A stretch of 25,404 nucleotides of DNA from a candidate division FCPU426 bacterium. GTDB lineage: Bacteria > Oederibacteriota > Muellerivitia > Muellerivitales > Muellerivitaceae. The stretch is taken from the NCBI GenBank assembly GCA_963830915.1, contig CAWHOE010000026.1, positions 1 through 25,404 of the forward strand. The letters are read 5' to 3'. Positions 7,829 to 16,399 of this stretch are shown in pieces; position 1 is the first letter of the stretch, and the number at the start of each line of letters is the position of its first letter. The position numbers were made by a program, and so were the translations under genes. The notes below the pieces were generated by a model that worked only from the letters and a program-made list of their open reading frames with translations, had not been told where the DNA came from and ran no database searches.

Positions 7829-9391
7829 ATGAAACTACAAAACAGGTTGTTCTTGAGCGTGGCGATCATGGGCGCGGTGGCGTTGGCGATCGGTTACTTT
7901 TGCCTCCAATCCGCCCAGGGGGTTTTCGACAATCAGGCCAAGGTCTATAACAGCGGCCTGGCGGTCTACCACTTGAAAAAGGTCTCGGACGCCTACGGGG
8001 TCGATGTGACCGGCGCGGTCCAAAAAGTCCGCAGCGGCGCGACCTGGGCCTGGGAAAACGGGGGAAAGATCATCGATGAAGCCCAGCGTTCGGCGGAGGA
8101 CCATTGGAGAGCCTATCTGGCCATGGACAAGTCCAAGGACGAGAAATACCAAGCCACCATTGTGGGGGCCTTGTTGGACAATAACAAACATCTGATGGAG
8201 AATCTCAAGAACGACTTCGCCAATAAGGACGCCAGGGACCTGGAGATACAGGCTACCAGCGTGCTTTATCCATCCATAGACCCGATCCTGGATAATATCC
8301 GGAAGCTGGAGGACTTGAACCAGAAGATCGGCGAGGTGGCGGTAAGCCAGGCCGACAAGTCTTTCACCAGTAGTTCCAAATTCATGCTGGGCATCGTGGC
8401 GGGCCTCCTGATCTTCGGGTTCGCCGTCGGGTTCCTGGCGGCCAATTGGGCTATCCGCCCCTTGAGCGTATTGACCCGCGACTGGGATGGGGGCGTGGAT
8501 CAGGTATCCAACCTTTCCAGCCAGGTCTTTTCGACGTCGAACCAATTGAGCGGGAATTTGACGAATACCGCCGATGAGCTTCAAAAAACGGGCGGTTCGA
8601 TGGAACAGGTCCTTTCCTTGGTCCAACAGAACAATCGCGAGATCGCCCATGCCCGCAATGTGATGGATGACACCAGATCGGCCCTGTCCTTGAGCCATGA
8701 CGCCGCCCAAAAGACGGTGGACCAGGTTCGGACCATCGGTGAAGGCGCGGACAGGGTTTTCCAGGTGGTCAAGACCATCGAGGAAATCGCGTTCCAAACC
8801 AACATCCTGGCCTTGAACGCCGGCGTGGAGGCCGTGCGGGCCGGCGAACAGGGTAAGGAATTCATCTTGGTGGTGGAAGAGATCCGCAACCTTTCTCAAC
8901 GCTGTTCCCAAGTGGCGAAGGAAACATCCAAACTGGTGACCGAGAACACCCGGTTAACGACCGAGGGGCTTCGCTTGAGCGAGGAAACGGGGAGGGCGGT
9001 TTCGCAAGCGGCCGAAAAGGCCGGCAAGGTGACCGCGCTGTTGTCTGTGATGGAGCAGGGGCTGGAAGCCCAATTCCATGATCTTCGCGAGATCAAGACG
9101 ACCGTTCAGAACTCCGAAAGGGAGGCTTATCAAAACAGCGCCCTGGCGGAAAAGGCCGGTACGGCTGGCTTGAGCCTTTCCCAGCAATCGGAGAACCTGA
9201 GAAGGTCCTCCAAACAACTTTATCGATTCATCAACGGAGGAAGAAAGGAATCGTCGAAAGCCGTCTCGGTTCCGGTCGCCCCTGGAAAGATTCCAGTTGT
9301 TCAATCAACGGCCCCGCTCCAGCCTTCCGAAAACAGGACAAGCGAGAAGACTGGGACGGATGACGCCAAGGTCGTCAGGATGAATAAATAG
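7829..9391 (+). CDS. Methyl-accepting chemotaxis protein-like receptor (TM-4HB sensor-TM, divergent signalling domain)
   Basis: Two TM helices around a helical periplasmic domain; tip motif IEEIAFQTNILALNAGVEAVRAGEQGKEFILVVEEIRNLSQR. Confidence 0.9.
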   Translation: MKLQNRLFLSVAIMGAVALAIGYFCLQSAQGVFDNQAKVYNSGLAVYHLKKVSDAYGVDVTGAVQKVRSGATWAWENGGKIIDEAQRSAEDHWRAYLAMDKSKDEKYQATIVGALLDNNKHLMENLKNDFANKDARDLEIQATSVLYPSIDPILDNIRKLEDLNQKIGEVAVSQADKSFTSSSKFMLGIVAGLLIFGFAVGFLAANWAIRPLSVLTRDWDGGVDQVSNLSSQVFSTSNQLSGNLTNTADELQKTGGSMEQVLSLVQQNNREIAHARNVMDDTRSALSLSHDAAQKTVDQVRTIGEGADRVFQVVKTIEEIAFQTNILALNAGVEAVRAGEQGKEFILVVEEIRNLSQRCSQVAKETSKLVTENTRLTTEGLRLSEETGRAVSQAAEKAGKVTALLSVMEQGLEAQFHDLREIKTTVQNSEREAYQNSALAEKAGTAGLSLSQQSENLRRSSKQLYRFINGGRKESSKAVSVPVAPGKIPVVQSTAPLQPSENRTSEKTGTDDAKVVRMNK

Positions 9392-9425
9392 GGTTATAAA
9401 TAAGTCTCATAGCAGTTTTACTGAT

Positions 9426-9456
9426 AAGGCCGGGAACAGAGTTCCCGGCCTTTTTT
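9426..9456 (+). terminator. Intrinsic terminator after the MCP gene
   Basis: AAGGCCGGGAAC-AGA-GTTCCCGGCCTT followed by TTTT. Confidence 0.88.
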
Positions 9457-9459
9457 ACA

Positions 9460-9513
9460 TTGACGCCTCCCAATGACTGTGGCAATCTTTTTCCGGTTTA
9501 CACGGATTTAACA
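9460..9513 (+). promoter_or_regulatory. Sigma70-like promoter followed by a PHO box, upstream of DUF47-pit
   Basis: TTGACG (9460-9465), 17 nt spacer, TG-n-CAATCT (9483-9488); then TTTACA (9497-9502)-N5-TTAACA (9508-9513). Confidence 0.6.
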
Positions 9514-9529
9514 CACGTCGGAGGGAAGC

Positions 9530-10156
9530 ATGTTCGATTTTCTGATCCCGAAAGAGTTCGGTTTTTTCGATATTTTCGACAAGCATGCCGCCACCCTGGT
9601 CGAGGGTTCCCAGATCCTGGTCGAGATGCTCGAGCATTTCGGCGACGCTCCCGCCAAGACCCGCCGTCTGAAGGATGTGGAACATCGCGCCGATGAGCTG
9701 ACCCACCATACGGTGGAGATGCTGCACAAAACCTTCATTACCCCCATCGACCGGGACCAGATCCACCAATTGATCTCCCTCATGGACGATGTGATCGACC
9801 TGACCGACGGCGCCGCGCGCCGGATGATGCTCTATGGGGTCACGGAAATACCGGCCGACCTGATCGAACTGGCCAAGATCCTCAACCATTCCACTATCGA
9901 GCTTCAGCAAGCCGTCAGCCAACTCAAGAACCTCAAGAACGCCAACCTCATCCTGAAATCTTGCATCGAGATCAACAAGCTGGAGAACGATGGGGACGCC
10001 ATCAGGGACGCGGCCATAGCCAAGCTTTTCAAAGAGGAAAAGGACGCGGTCAAGGTCTTGATATGGAAAGAGATCTACGAGGATGTGGAAACCGCCATCG
10101 ACCGCTGTGAGGACGTGGCCAATATCATCGAGGGTGTCGTTCTAGAGAACGCCTGA
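9530..10156 (+). CDS. DUF47 family PhoU-like phosphate transport regulator
   Basis: EHRADELTH...LHKTFITPIDRDQIHQL...DDVID, LENDGD, WKEIYEDVETAIDRCEDVANIIE; typical position upstream of pit. Confidence 0.93.
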   Translation: MFDFLIPKEFGFFDIFDKHAATLVEGSQILVEMLEHFGDAPAKTRRLKDVEHRADELTHHTVEMLHKTFITPIDRDQIHQLISLMDDVIDLTDGAARRMMLYGVTEIPADLIELAKILNHSTIELQQAVSQLKNLKNANLILKSCIEINKLENDGDAIRDAAIAKLFKEEKDAVKVLIWKEIYEDVETAIDRCEDVANIIEGVVLENA

Positions 10157-10229
10157 TCTTCGGGTCTGGGTTGAGAGGAATCGGGATCCTGCTTTCGAAA
10201 GCTTAAAACGAGAGTTCCAGGGGGCGAAG

Positions 10230-11249
10230 TTGAGCAATGAAATGATGGTCATCGTATTCATCATCATTATCGGTCTTGGATTCGACTTTTTGAACGGGTT
10301 CCATGACGCGGCCAATTCCATCGCTACGGTCGTATCGACCAGGGTCTTGACCCCCGGACAAGCCGTCGTATGGGCCGCCTTTTTCAATTTCGTGGCGGCT
10401 TTTACGGTGGGCACCCATGTGGCCAAAACGGTCGGCAAGGGAATGGTGGACCCTTCTGGGATCACGGTCTATGTCATCCTGGCGGCCTTGATAGGCGCTA
10501 TCCTTTGGGACCTCATCACCTGGTATTACGGGCTTCCGACCAGTTCGTCCCACGCCCTCATCGGCGGTTTCGGCGGGGCCGCGGTGATCCACGGCGGTTG
10601 GAAGGTGCTCATCATGGCCGGCTTTCAAAAGACCATCCTGTTCATTTTTGTGGCCCCGTTCCTGGGGATGTTCCTCGGCTTTGTGATGATGACGATCGTC
10701 CTTAACCTGTTCCACCGCTTCACACCCTCGGCCGTGGATGGTATTTTCAGTGTCGGACAGCTTTTTTCAGCCGCGGCTTATAGCCTCAGCCATGGCGCGA
10801 ACGATTCCCAGAAAACCATGGGTATCATCGTGGCTTTGCTGGTGGCGGGTAACCAAGCCCAATGGGCCTATCGGCCTGGAAGCCAGGAGATAGCCTGGTG
10901 GATCATCATTGCTTGTTATGCCGCCATGGGTTTCGGGACCATGACCGGAGGATGGCGGATCGTCAAAACAATGGGGCAGAAGATCACCAAATTAAGGCCA
11001 GTGGGCGGTTTCTGCGCTGAGACGGGAGGCGCCATCTCGGTTTTTTTCGCGACCGCGCTGGGTATTCCCGTTTCCACGACCCATACCATCACGGGCGCCA
11101 TCATCGGGGTGGGAAGCACAACCTCCTTTTCATCGGTTCGCTGGGGCGTGGCGGGCAGGATCGTCTGGGCCTGGGTACTGACCATTCCGGCTTCGGCTTT
11201 GATCGCCGCTTTGTGCGAGTGGGGATTCAATCTGATGGGATGGCAATAA
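10230..11249 (+). CDS. pit: Inorganic phosphate transporter, PiT family
   Basis: NGFHDAANSIATVVSTR, GLPTSSSHALIGG, HGANDSQKTMG and GIPVSTTHTITG motifs. Confidence 0.95.
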   Translation: MSNEMMVIVFIIIIGLGFDFLNGFHDAANSIATVVSTRVLTPGQAVVWAAFFNFVAAFTVGTHVAKTVGKGMVDPSGITVYVILAALIGAILWDLITWYYGLPTSSSHALIGGFGGAAVIHGGWKVLIMAGFQKTILFIFVAPFLGMFLGFVMMTIVLNLFHRFTPSAVDGIFSVGQLFSAAAYSLSHGANDSQKTMGIIVALLVAGNQAQWAYRPGSQEIAWWIIIACYAAMGFGTMTGGWRIVKTMGQKITKLRPVGGFCAETGGAISVFFATALGIPVSTTHTITGAIIGVGSTTSFSSVRWGVAGRIVWAWVLTIPASALIAALCEWGFNLMGWQ

Positions 11250-11546
11250 GTCTTCCTGAAACACCGTTTCAATAAAAGTTCTCTCTTCCTTTTTTTCCTC
11301 CGTTTTGAAAATGTTTCTCGTCCAATTCAAGTTCACTCACATTTCCTCGATTGTTAAGAATGGTTTTGATGGCCATGGATCGAATGGAATGGGGTGAAAG
11401 GGATGGAAAAAAACCCTTCTTTTCCTTATACTTTAACCACATCGCCGAAAGCATCAGTGACGATGTACTGTTCAGTTGAGCCCCGGATGTCTCGGGGAAG
11501 TGGCGGGCAGGGGAAATAAGATGCGGAAAAGGTAAGGATCAGAAAG

Positions 11547-11750
11547 ATGCCAACGGGTCGAGTCAAGTGGTTCAACGCCGGTAAGGGCTATGGGTTCATC
11601 GAGCAGGAGGGCGGGGAGGACGTATTCGTGCATTTTTCCGCTATCCAGGGAGACGGGTTCAAGACCTTGACGGCAGGGCAAGAAGTGACGTTCGAGATCG
11701 TGCAAGGGGCGAAGGGCAAGCAGGCGGCGAATGTGACGAAGGCTAATTGA
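11547..11750 (+). CDS. Cold-shock domain protein (CspA family)
   Basis: [24 protein letters not shown] and GFKTL (RNP1/RNP2) in a 67 aa protein. Confidence 0.96.
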   Translation: MPTGRVKWFNAGKGYGFIEQEGGEDVFVHFSAIQGDGFKTLTAGQEVTFEIVQGAKGKQAANVTKAN

Positions 11751-11762
11751 AACGACACCTTG

Positions 11763-11795
11763 AAAAAGGCCTTCCCGAAAGGGGAGGCCTTTTTT
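11763..11795 (+). terminator. Intrinsic terminator after csp
   Basis: AAAAAGGCCTTCCC-GAAA-GGGGAGGCCTTTTTT. Confidence 0.9.
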
Positions 11796-11860
11796 GTTTC
11801 TGACGATAACGGGATGATTGCGGCGGGGAAAGCGCCTATAATGGCCCTCGGGTAAAGACC

Positions 11861-12622
11861 ATGACCAAGAAAATAAAAAAACCTATCGTGACTTTCGAGA
11901 CAGTGGCCCCATCCCAGACTGGGTCCCAAGTGTCAGGGGCTTTGACGGATGTGCTGGCCTTCGGCGCCCATCCGGACGACGTGGAGATCGCCATGGGGGG
12001 AACCCTCCTGGCTTTGAAGTCGCAGGGAGCCAAGGTGGTGGTGTGCCACCTGACCGATGGGGAGCCGACCCCTTATGGGAACCACAAGACCCGATTGAAG
12101 GAAGCGGAAGCGGCGGCCAGGATTTTGGGATTGGATGACTACCTGATCCTTCCCTTGAAGAATCGATCGCTTCAAGATACCCTGCCTGCCCGCCGAAAAG
12201 TGGCCGAGGTCATGCGCCAGTATCGCCCCGCCATCGTTTTCGCGCCCTACTGGGTGGACGCCCATCCGGACCATTGGGGCGCCAGCGAGCTGGTCCAGGC
12301 CGCGCGCTTTTGGGCCAAACTGGTCAAGACCGACATGAAGGGGGACCCCTGGTATCCTTCCAAACTTTATTACCATCTCTGTTCCCATCTCAGGCCCAAC
12401 GTGCAGCCCTCTTTCATCGTGGATACCAGTCCGCACCATGAGGCCAAACTGGCGGCGATCCGCTGCTATGAAAGCCAGTTCATCAAGAAGCCGGGAAGCA
12501 AGGCGTTGGATTTCATCAACATCTCGAACCGTTATTTTGGCTCGATGATCGGGACCCAAACGGGGGAGCCTTTCTTCTCGAAAGAGAACCTGGGTGTGTC
12601 CGACCCGCGTCTTTTCCTTTAA
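11861..12622 (+). CDS. bshB1: PIG-L/LmbE family deacetylase, BshB1-like
   Basis: GAHPDDVEIAMGG, LTDGEPT, DAHPDH and KLAAIRCYESQF. The family call is solid; the substrate is inferred. Confidence 0.75.
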   Translation: MTKKIKKPIVTFETVAPSQTGSQVSGALTDVLAFGAHPDDVEIAMGGTLLALKSQGAKVVVCHLTDGEPTPYGNHKTRLKEAEAAARILGLDDYLILPLKNRSLQDTLPARRKVAEVMRQYRPAIVFAPYWVDAHPDHWGASELVQAARFWAKLVKTDMKGDPWYPSKLYYHLCSHLRPNVQPSFIVDTSPHHEAKLAAIRCYESQFIKKPGSKALDFINISNRYFGSMIGTQTGEPFFSKENLGVSDPRLFL

Positions 12623-12658
12623 AAATCAATCGATAATTCCAGCTTGTAAGGACCGTGT

Positions 12659-12715
12659 AAAAGGTATACGAGTGTATACTTTTTGCTTGACTGTGTCCGT
12701 GGCGTCCCTTAGGAT
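12659..12715 (+). promoter_or_regulatory. recA sigma70 promoter with an adjacent palindromic operator candidate
   Basis: AAAAGGTATAC-GAGT-GTATACTTTTT (12659-12684), then TTGACT (12687-12692)-17 nt-TAGGAT (12710-12715). Confidence 0.65.
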
Positions 12716-12756
12716 GACCCCAACATCGACTAACGCTTAATTTCAAGGAGACGGAC

Positions 12757-13875
12757 ATGGCGAACGAGAGGCAAAAAGCTCTGGATATGGCGATCTTACA
12801 GATCGAGAAGGATCACGGCAAAGGCGCGATCATGCGCTTGGGCGAGGCCAAGGTCCAGGATGTGAAAGCCATCTCGACGGGAGCCATCTCCCTGGACATC
12901 GCCTCAGGCATTGGGGGGGTACCCCGGGGCCGTATTGTGGAGATCTACGGGCCAGAATCCTCCGGTAAGACCACCCTGACCCTCCATATCGTCGCCGAGG
13001 CCCAGAAGGCCGGCGGGACCGCTGTTTTCATCGACGCTGAGCACGCCATGGACCCTGTCTACGCCCGGAAACTGGGGGTCAATGTGGACGAACTGCTTAT
13101 TTCCCAGCCAGACTCGGCTGAGGAAGCCCTCCAGATCGCCGAAACCCTCATCCGCTCCGGCGCCATCGATGTGGTGGTGGTGGACTCGGTGGCGGCCTTG
13201 GCCCCCCGGGCCGAGTTGGAAGGGGATATGGGCGACGCCCATGTGGGTCTCCAGGCCCGCTTGATGAGCCAGGCGCTTCGCAAACTGACGGCCCTTCTCT
13301 CCAAATCCCATACCTGCGCCATATTTATCAACCAGATCCGCGAAAAAATAGGGGTGATGTTCGGCAATCCGGAGACCACGCCGGGCGGGCGGGCGCTGAA
13401 ATTCTACGCCTCCATGAGGCTGGACGTGCGCCGGGTGGAAGCCATCAAGGTCGGGGACCAGAACATCGGCAACAAGGTCAAGGCCAAGGTGGTCAAGAAC
13501 AAGGTGGCCCAGCCCTTCAAGGAAGGTTTCTTCGACATCATCTTCGGGGAAGGCATCTCCAAGGAAGGGTCGCTCATTGACGTTGGGGTGGAAATGAACA
13601 TCATCGATAAGAGCGGGACCTGGTTGAGCTTCGGTGAGACCAAGATGGGACAGGGCCGGGACACCGCCAAGACCTTCCTGAAGGAACATCCGGAGGTCTA
13701 CGCCCAGATCGAGAAGAAGATCAAGGAGAAGGTCGGGTTGATCCCCATGCCAGCGGCTCCTGTCGAGAAGGACAAGGAAAAGGCCGCGGCTCCCGGAGCT
13801 GTTCCGGCACCCGCGAAGAAAGAACCGGAAAAGACGAAAGAACCAGAGCGGCCTAAGGTGGCCGTGAGGAAATAA
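12757..13875 (+). CDS. recA: Recombinase RecA
   Basis: [58 protein letters not shown] and KVVKNKVA. Confidence 0.99.
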   Translation: MANERQKALDMAILQIEKDHGKGAIMRLGEAKVQDVKAISTGAISLDIASGIGGVPRGRIVEIYGPESSGKTTLTLHIVAEAQKAGGTAVFIDAEHAMDPVYARKLGVNVDELLISQPDSAEEALQIAETLIRSGAIDVVVVDSVAALAPRAELEGDMGDAHVGLQARLMSQALRKLTALLSKSHTCAIFINQIREKIGVMFGNPETTPGGRALKFYASMRLDVRRVEAIKVGDQNIGNKVKAKVVKNKVAQPFKEGFFDIIFGEGISKEGSLIDVGVEMNIIDKSGTWLSFGETKMGQGRDTAKTFLKEHPEVYAQIEKKIKEKVGLIPMPAAPVEKDKEKAAAPGAVPAPAKKEPEKTKEPERPKVAVRK

Positions 13876-13916
13876 GCCGTTAAGTTTCTGTAAACACCTC
13901 GAAAAAATGATTGTTT

Positions 13917-13951
13917 AAGAGGGGCTCGTGAAAATGAGTCCCTCTTTTTTT
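13917..13951 (+). terminator. Intrinsic terminator after recA
   Basis: AAGAGGGGCTC-N8-GAGTCCCTCTT followed by a T-run. Confidence 0.8.
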
Positions 13952-14027
13952 GTCATGGACCGGTCCTTGGTTTAAATGTCGTGGTTAATTGAATACAATA
14001 TGGGCCAATCTTTTGGGAGGTACCTTT

Positions 14028-16337
14028 ATGCGTAAATTACTAAAAGTAGTCCTTTATGCTGGCGGATTGTTCGTTGGTTTGATCATTCTTTTGTTGGTCG
14101 CGGCGGCGATCATTATCCCCATCAAGTTCCCGCCCGAGAAACTCAAGTCCATGGCGTCGGAAAAGCTTACCCAGACCCTCAAACACAAGGTTTCCATCGG
14201 CGATGTGCATTTCAACGTCCTGAGCGGCTTCGACATCAAGGACCTGGTGGTCTCCAACCGGGCCGGTTGGGCGGCAACACCTTTGGTGAAAGCCCAGGAT
14301 ATTTCCATTTCCTACCATCTCTTCCCCCTGCTGTGGGGCGAGGTTTCGTTAGGGGAGATCCGGCTGAATCAACCTCAGATCTTTGTGGAACGGAAGGGTT
14401 TGAATGAGTTCAATTTCAGCGACATGATGGGACCTGCCACGGCCCCGGCCGCGCCCGCCCCGGCCGCGCAGACCCAGCCTGAGAAAAAATCCAAACCAGC
14501 CAAAAAGCATAAAAAGACCGCCATGTTATGGATACCCCAGGAAGTCCCGGTGGTTTCGTCTTTCTTCGCCGACGCGGCCTGGGCGGACACGACCGCTCCG
14601 GTCGTGAATGCCGAGAAATCCTCCAAGTCCACCATGCTCCTGTCGGTGGACAGCCTCAATATCATCCAGGGCCATCTGGAGTACCTGGACGAGACCGTGT
14701 CGCCGGCCCAAAAGACCACGGCGGATGATTTGAACGTCAAGATCAAGAATATTTCCATGGTCGGCGGAAAAACCACCTATTCCATCGACACGCCCTTTAC
14801 CTACAACAAAATGACTTACCAATTGGGTCTGTCAGGGTCGGTGCGTTATTTCATGGCCAGCCAATCGATCAAGGACCTGGACTTGAATGGAAAGGTCAAT
14901 GACCTGGGGTTCAAGTTGTCGGGTGACGCGTCCGACATGACAGGCAACTTCACCCCGAATCTGGACGGGACAGGTTCTCTGAATATGCTGAAGTTCTCCG
15001 GGCTCGTTCCAAAGAATCTTTCTTCCATGCCCTCCGGCCTCACCTTGACGGGGCAAGCCGAGGTGACTTACCACTTGGGCGGCAGCGTGAAAAACGGGCT
15101 GGAACTCTCCGGGACGGCGGACGGGTCCGACCTGGCGATCCAATACCAGGACCTATTCGTCAAGACCGCCAAAACCACCTGCAAGATCAACTTCAAGAGC
15201 GTGGTGGGCCAGAATTCCTACGACCTACCTTCCTTCAGCTTGATGTACCAGGACTGGGAAGTGGACGGTTCTTTCCACTACAAGAACGGGGTTCCCTGGA
15301 CCTGCGTGGTCCGATCGAAGGCCCTGCCCCTGAAGGGAATATCGGATATGGTCCCGAGGCTGAAAAAGGCCACTTTCGGCGGGGACGCCTCCATCGACGT
15401 TACCTTCACCCAATCCAAGGGAGCCGCGACGCCTTTTAGCTACAAAGGGCAGGTCAGCCTGAAGGATATTTCCATTACCCTTCCTAACGAACCTTATTTG
15501 GATAATTTGAACAGCGTCATCTATCTCGCTGGCAACTCGGTCAAGATCCCGATGGCCAAATTCCAATGCTTCGAGGGAACGGGCATGGCGGGAGTGACCG
15601 TCAACCTGGGGGCTGTTCCCAATTACACCTACGCCTTCCGCCTGGACGGGGTCAACTCTCAAAAAGCCATCGACGCCAGTATTGACGCCTATGTCACCAC
15701 CAAGGATTATTCCGCCTATAAGGACAAACTCTTCGGAACCATGAATTTCGCTTACGCCGGTTATGGGAAGGGGACTTCCGGGGATGTGATGATGGCCAGC
15801 CAGGTTGGGGCCGGCAACTACAGCCTGGTCGACGCCAAAGTGAAGGGCCTGGCCGCCATCAAGACGATCAACAGCGCGGTGAAGGACTCTAGCGATGAGA
15901 TCCATTTGGATAAGATCGAAGGCACTTTGGGCATGAAAAACAAGGTTTTCTCCTATACGGCGAATACGGTCGATAAGGTGGGGGCCTTGCGGATCAAAGG
16001 CGGGGTTAACGGCGATGGGGTCTATACACCGGACATGACCATCAATTGCGATATCAAAAAGGATTACGTTAATTCAGACTCTGTCAAGGGACAGATCCCA
16101 GAGCCCTACCGGGATCAGTTCACCCTGGATTGGGCTTCGGATAACGATGGGAATATCCCCGTGGACTTCAAATTCACTGGCAAAGCCTCGGAAAATCATT
16201 ACCAGTGGGTTTCTGACCGCCTGGTCAGCAACATCAAGAAGAGAGCGGGGCAAGCTTTGGGAAACGCCGCGAAGAACGCGGTCAAACAAAAAGCCCAGGA
16301 TGTGGGCAATAAAATAAAGAGCCTTTTCGGACACTGA
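14028..16337 (+). CDS. AsmA-like protein (N-terminal membrane anchor, beta-rich periplasmic body)
   Basis: MRKLLKVVLYAGGLF... TM anchor, LFPLLWGEVSLGEIRLNQPQIFVER...FNFSDM AsmA-type motif and repetitive beta strands. ATG 14028 follows GGGAGG. Confidence 0.8.
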   Translation: MRKLLKVVLYAGGLFVGLIILLLVAAAIIIPIKFPPEKLKSMASEKLTQTLKHKVSIGDVHFNVLSGFDIKDLVVSNRAGWAATPLVKAQDISISYHLFPLLWGEVSLGEIRLNQPQIFVERKGLNEFNFSDMMGPATAPAAPAPAAQTQPEKKSKPAKKHKKTAMLWIPQEVPVVSSFFADAAWADTTAPVVNAEKSSKSTMLLSVDSLNIIQGHLEYLDETVSPAQKTTADDLNVKIKNISMVGGKTTYSIDTPFTYNKMTYQLGLSGSVRYFMASQSIKDLDLNGKVNDLGFKLSGDASDMTGNFTPNLDGTGSLNMLKFSGLVPKNLSSMPSGLTLTGQAEVTYHLGGSVKNGLELSGTADGSDLAIQYQDLFVKTAKTTCKINFKSVVGQNSYDLPSFSLMYQDWEVDGSFHYKNGVPWTCVVRSKALPLKGISDMVPRLKKATFGGDASIDVTFTQSKGAATPFSYKGQVSLKDISITLPNEPYLDNLNSVIYLAGNSVKIPMAKFQCFEGTGMAGVTVNLGAVPNYTYAFRLDGVNSQKAIDASIDAYVTTKDYSAYKDKLFGTMNFAYAGYGKGTSGDVMMASQVGAGNYSLVDAKVKGLAAIKTINSAVKDSSDEIHLDKIEGTLGMKNKVFSYTANTVDKVGALRIKGGVNGDGVYTPDMTINCDIKKDYVNSDSVKGQIPEPYRDQFTLDWASDNDGNIPVDFKFTGKASENHYQWVSDRLVSNIKKRAGQALGNAAKNAVKQKAQDVGNKIKSLFGH

Positions 16338-16353
16338 TCGTTTATTTCAACTT

Positions 16354-16385
16354 AAAAGGGCGGGCCGTGTTGCCCGCCCTTTTTT
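16354..16385 (+). terminator. Intrinsic terminator, possibly bidirectional
   Basis: AAAAGGGCGGGC-CGTGTT-GCCCGCCCTTTTTT. Confidence 0.88.
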
Positions 16386-16399
16386 ATTAAAGGCAAAAA

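Noticed and set aside
11250..11546. Long intergenic region before csp with a CCCCG...CGGGG hairpin, as a possible thermosensor or sRNA
   Set aside because: Long 5' UTRs are normal for csp genes, and I cannot match a defined RNA family by eye.
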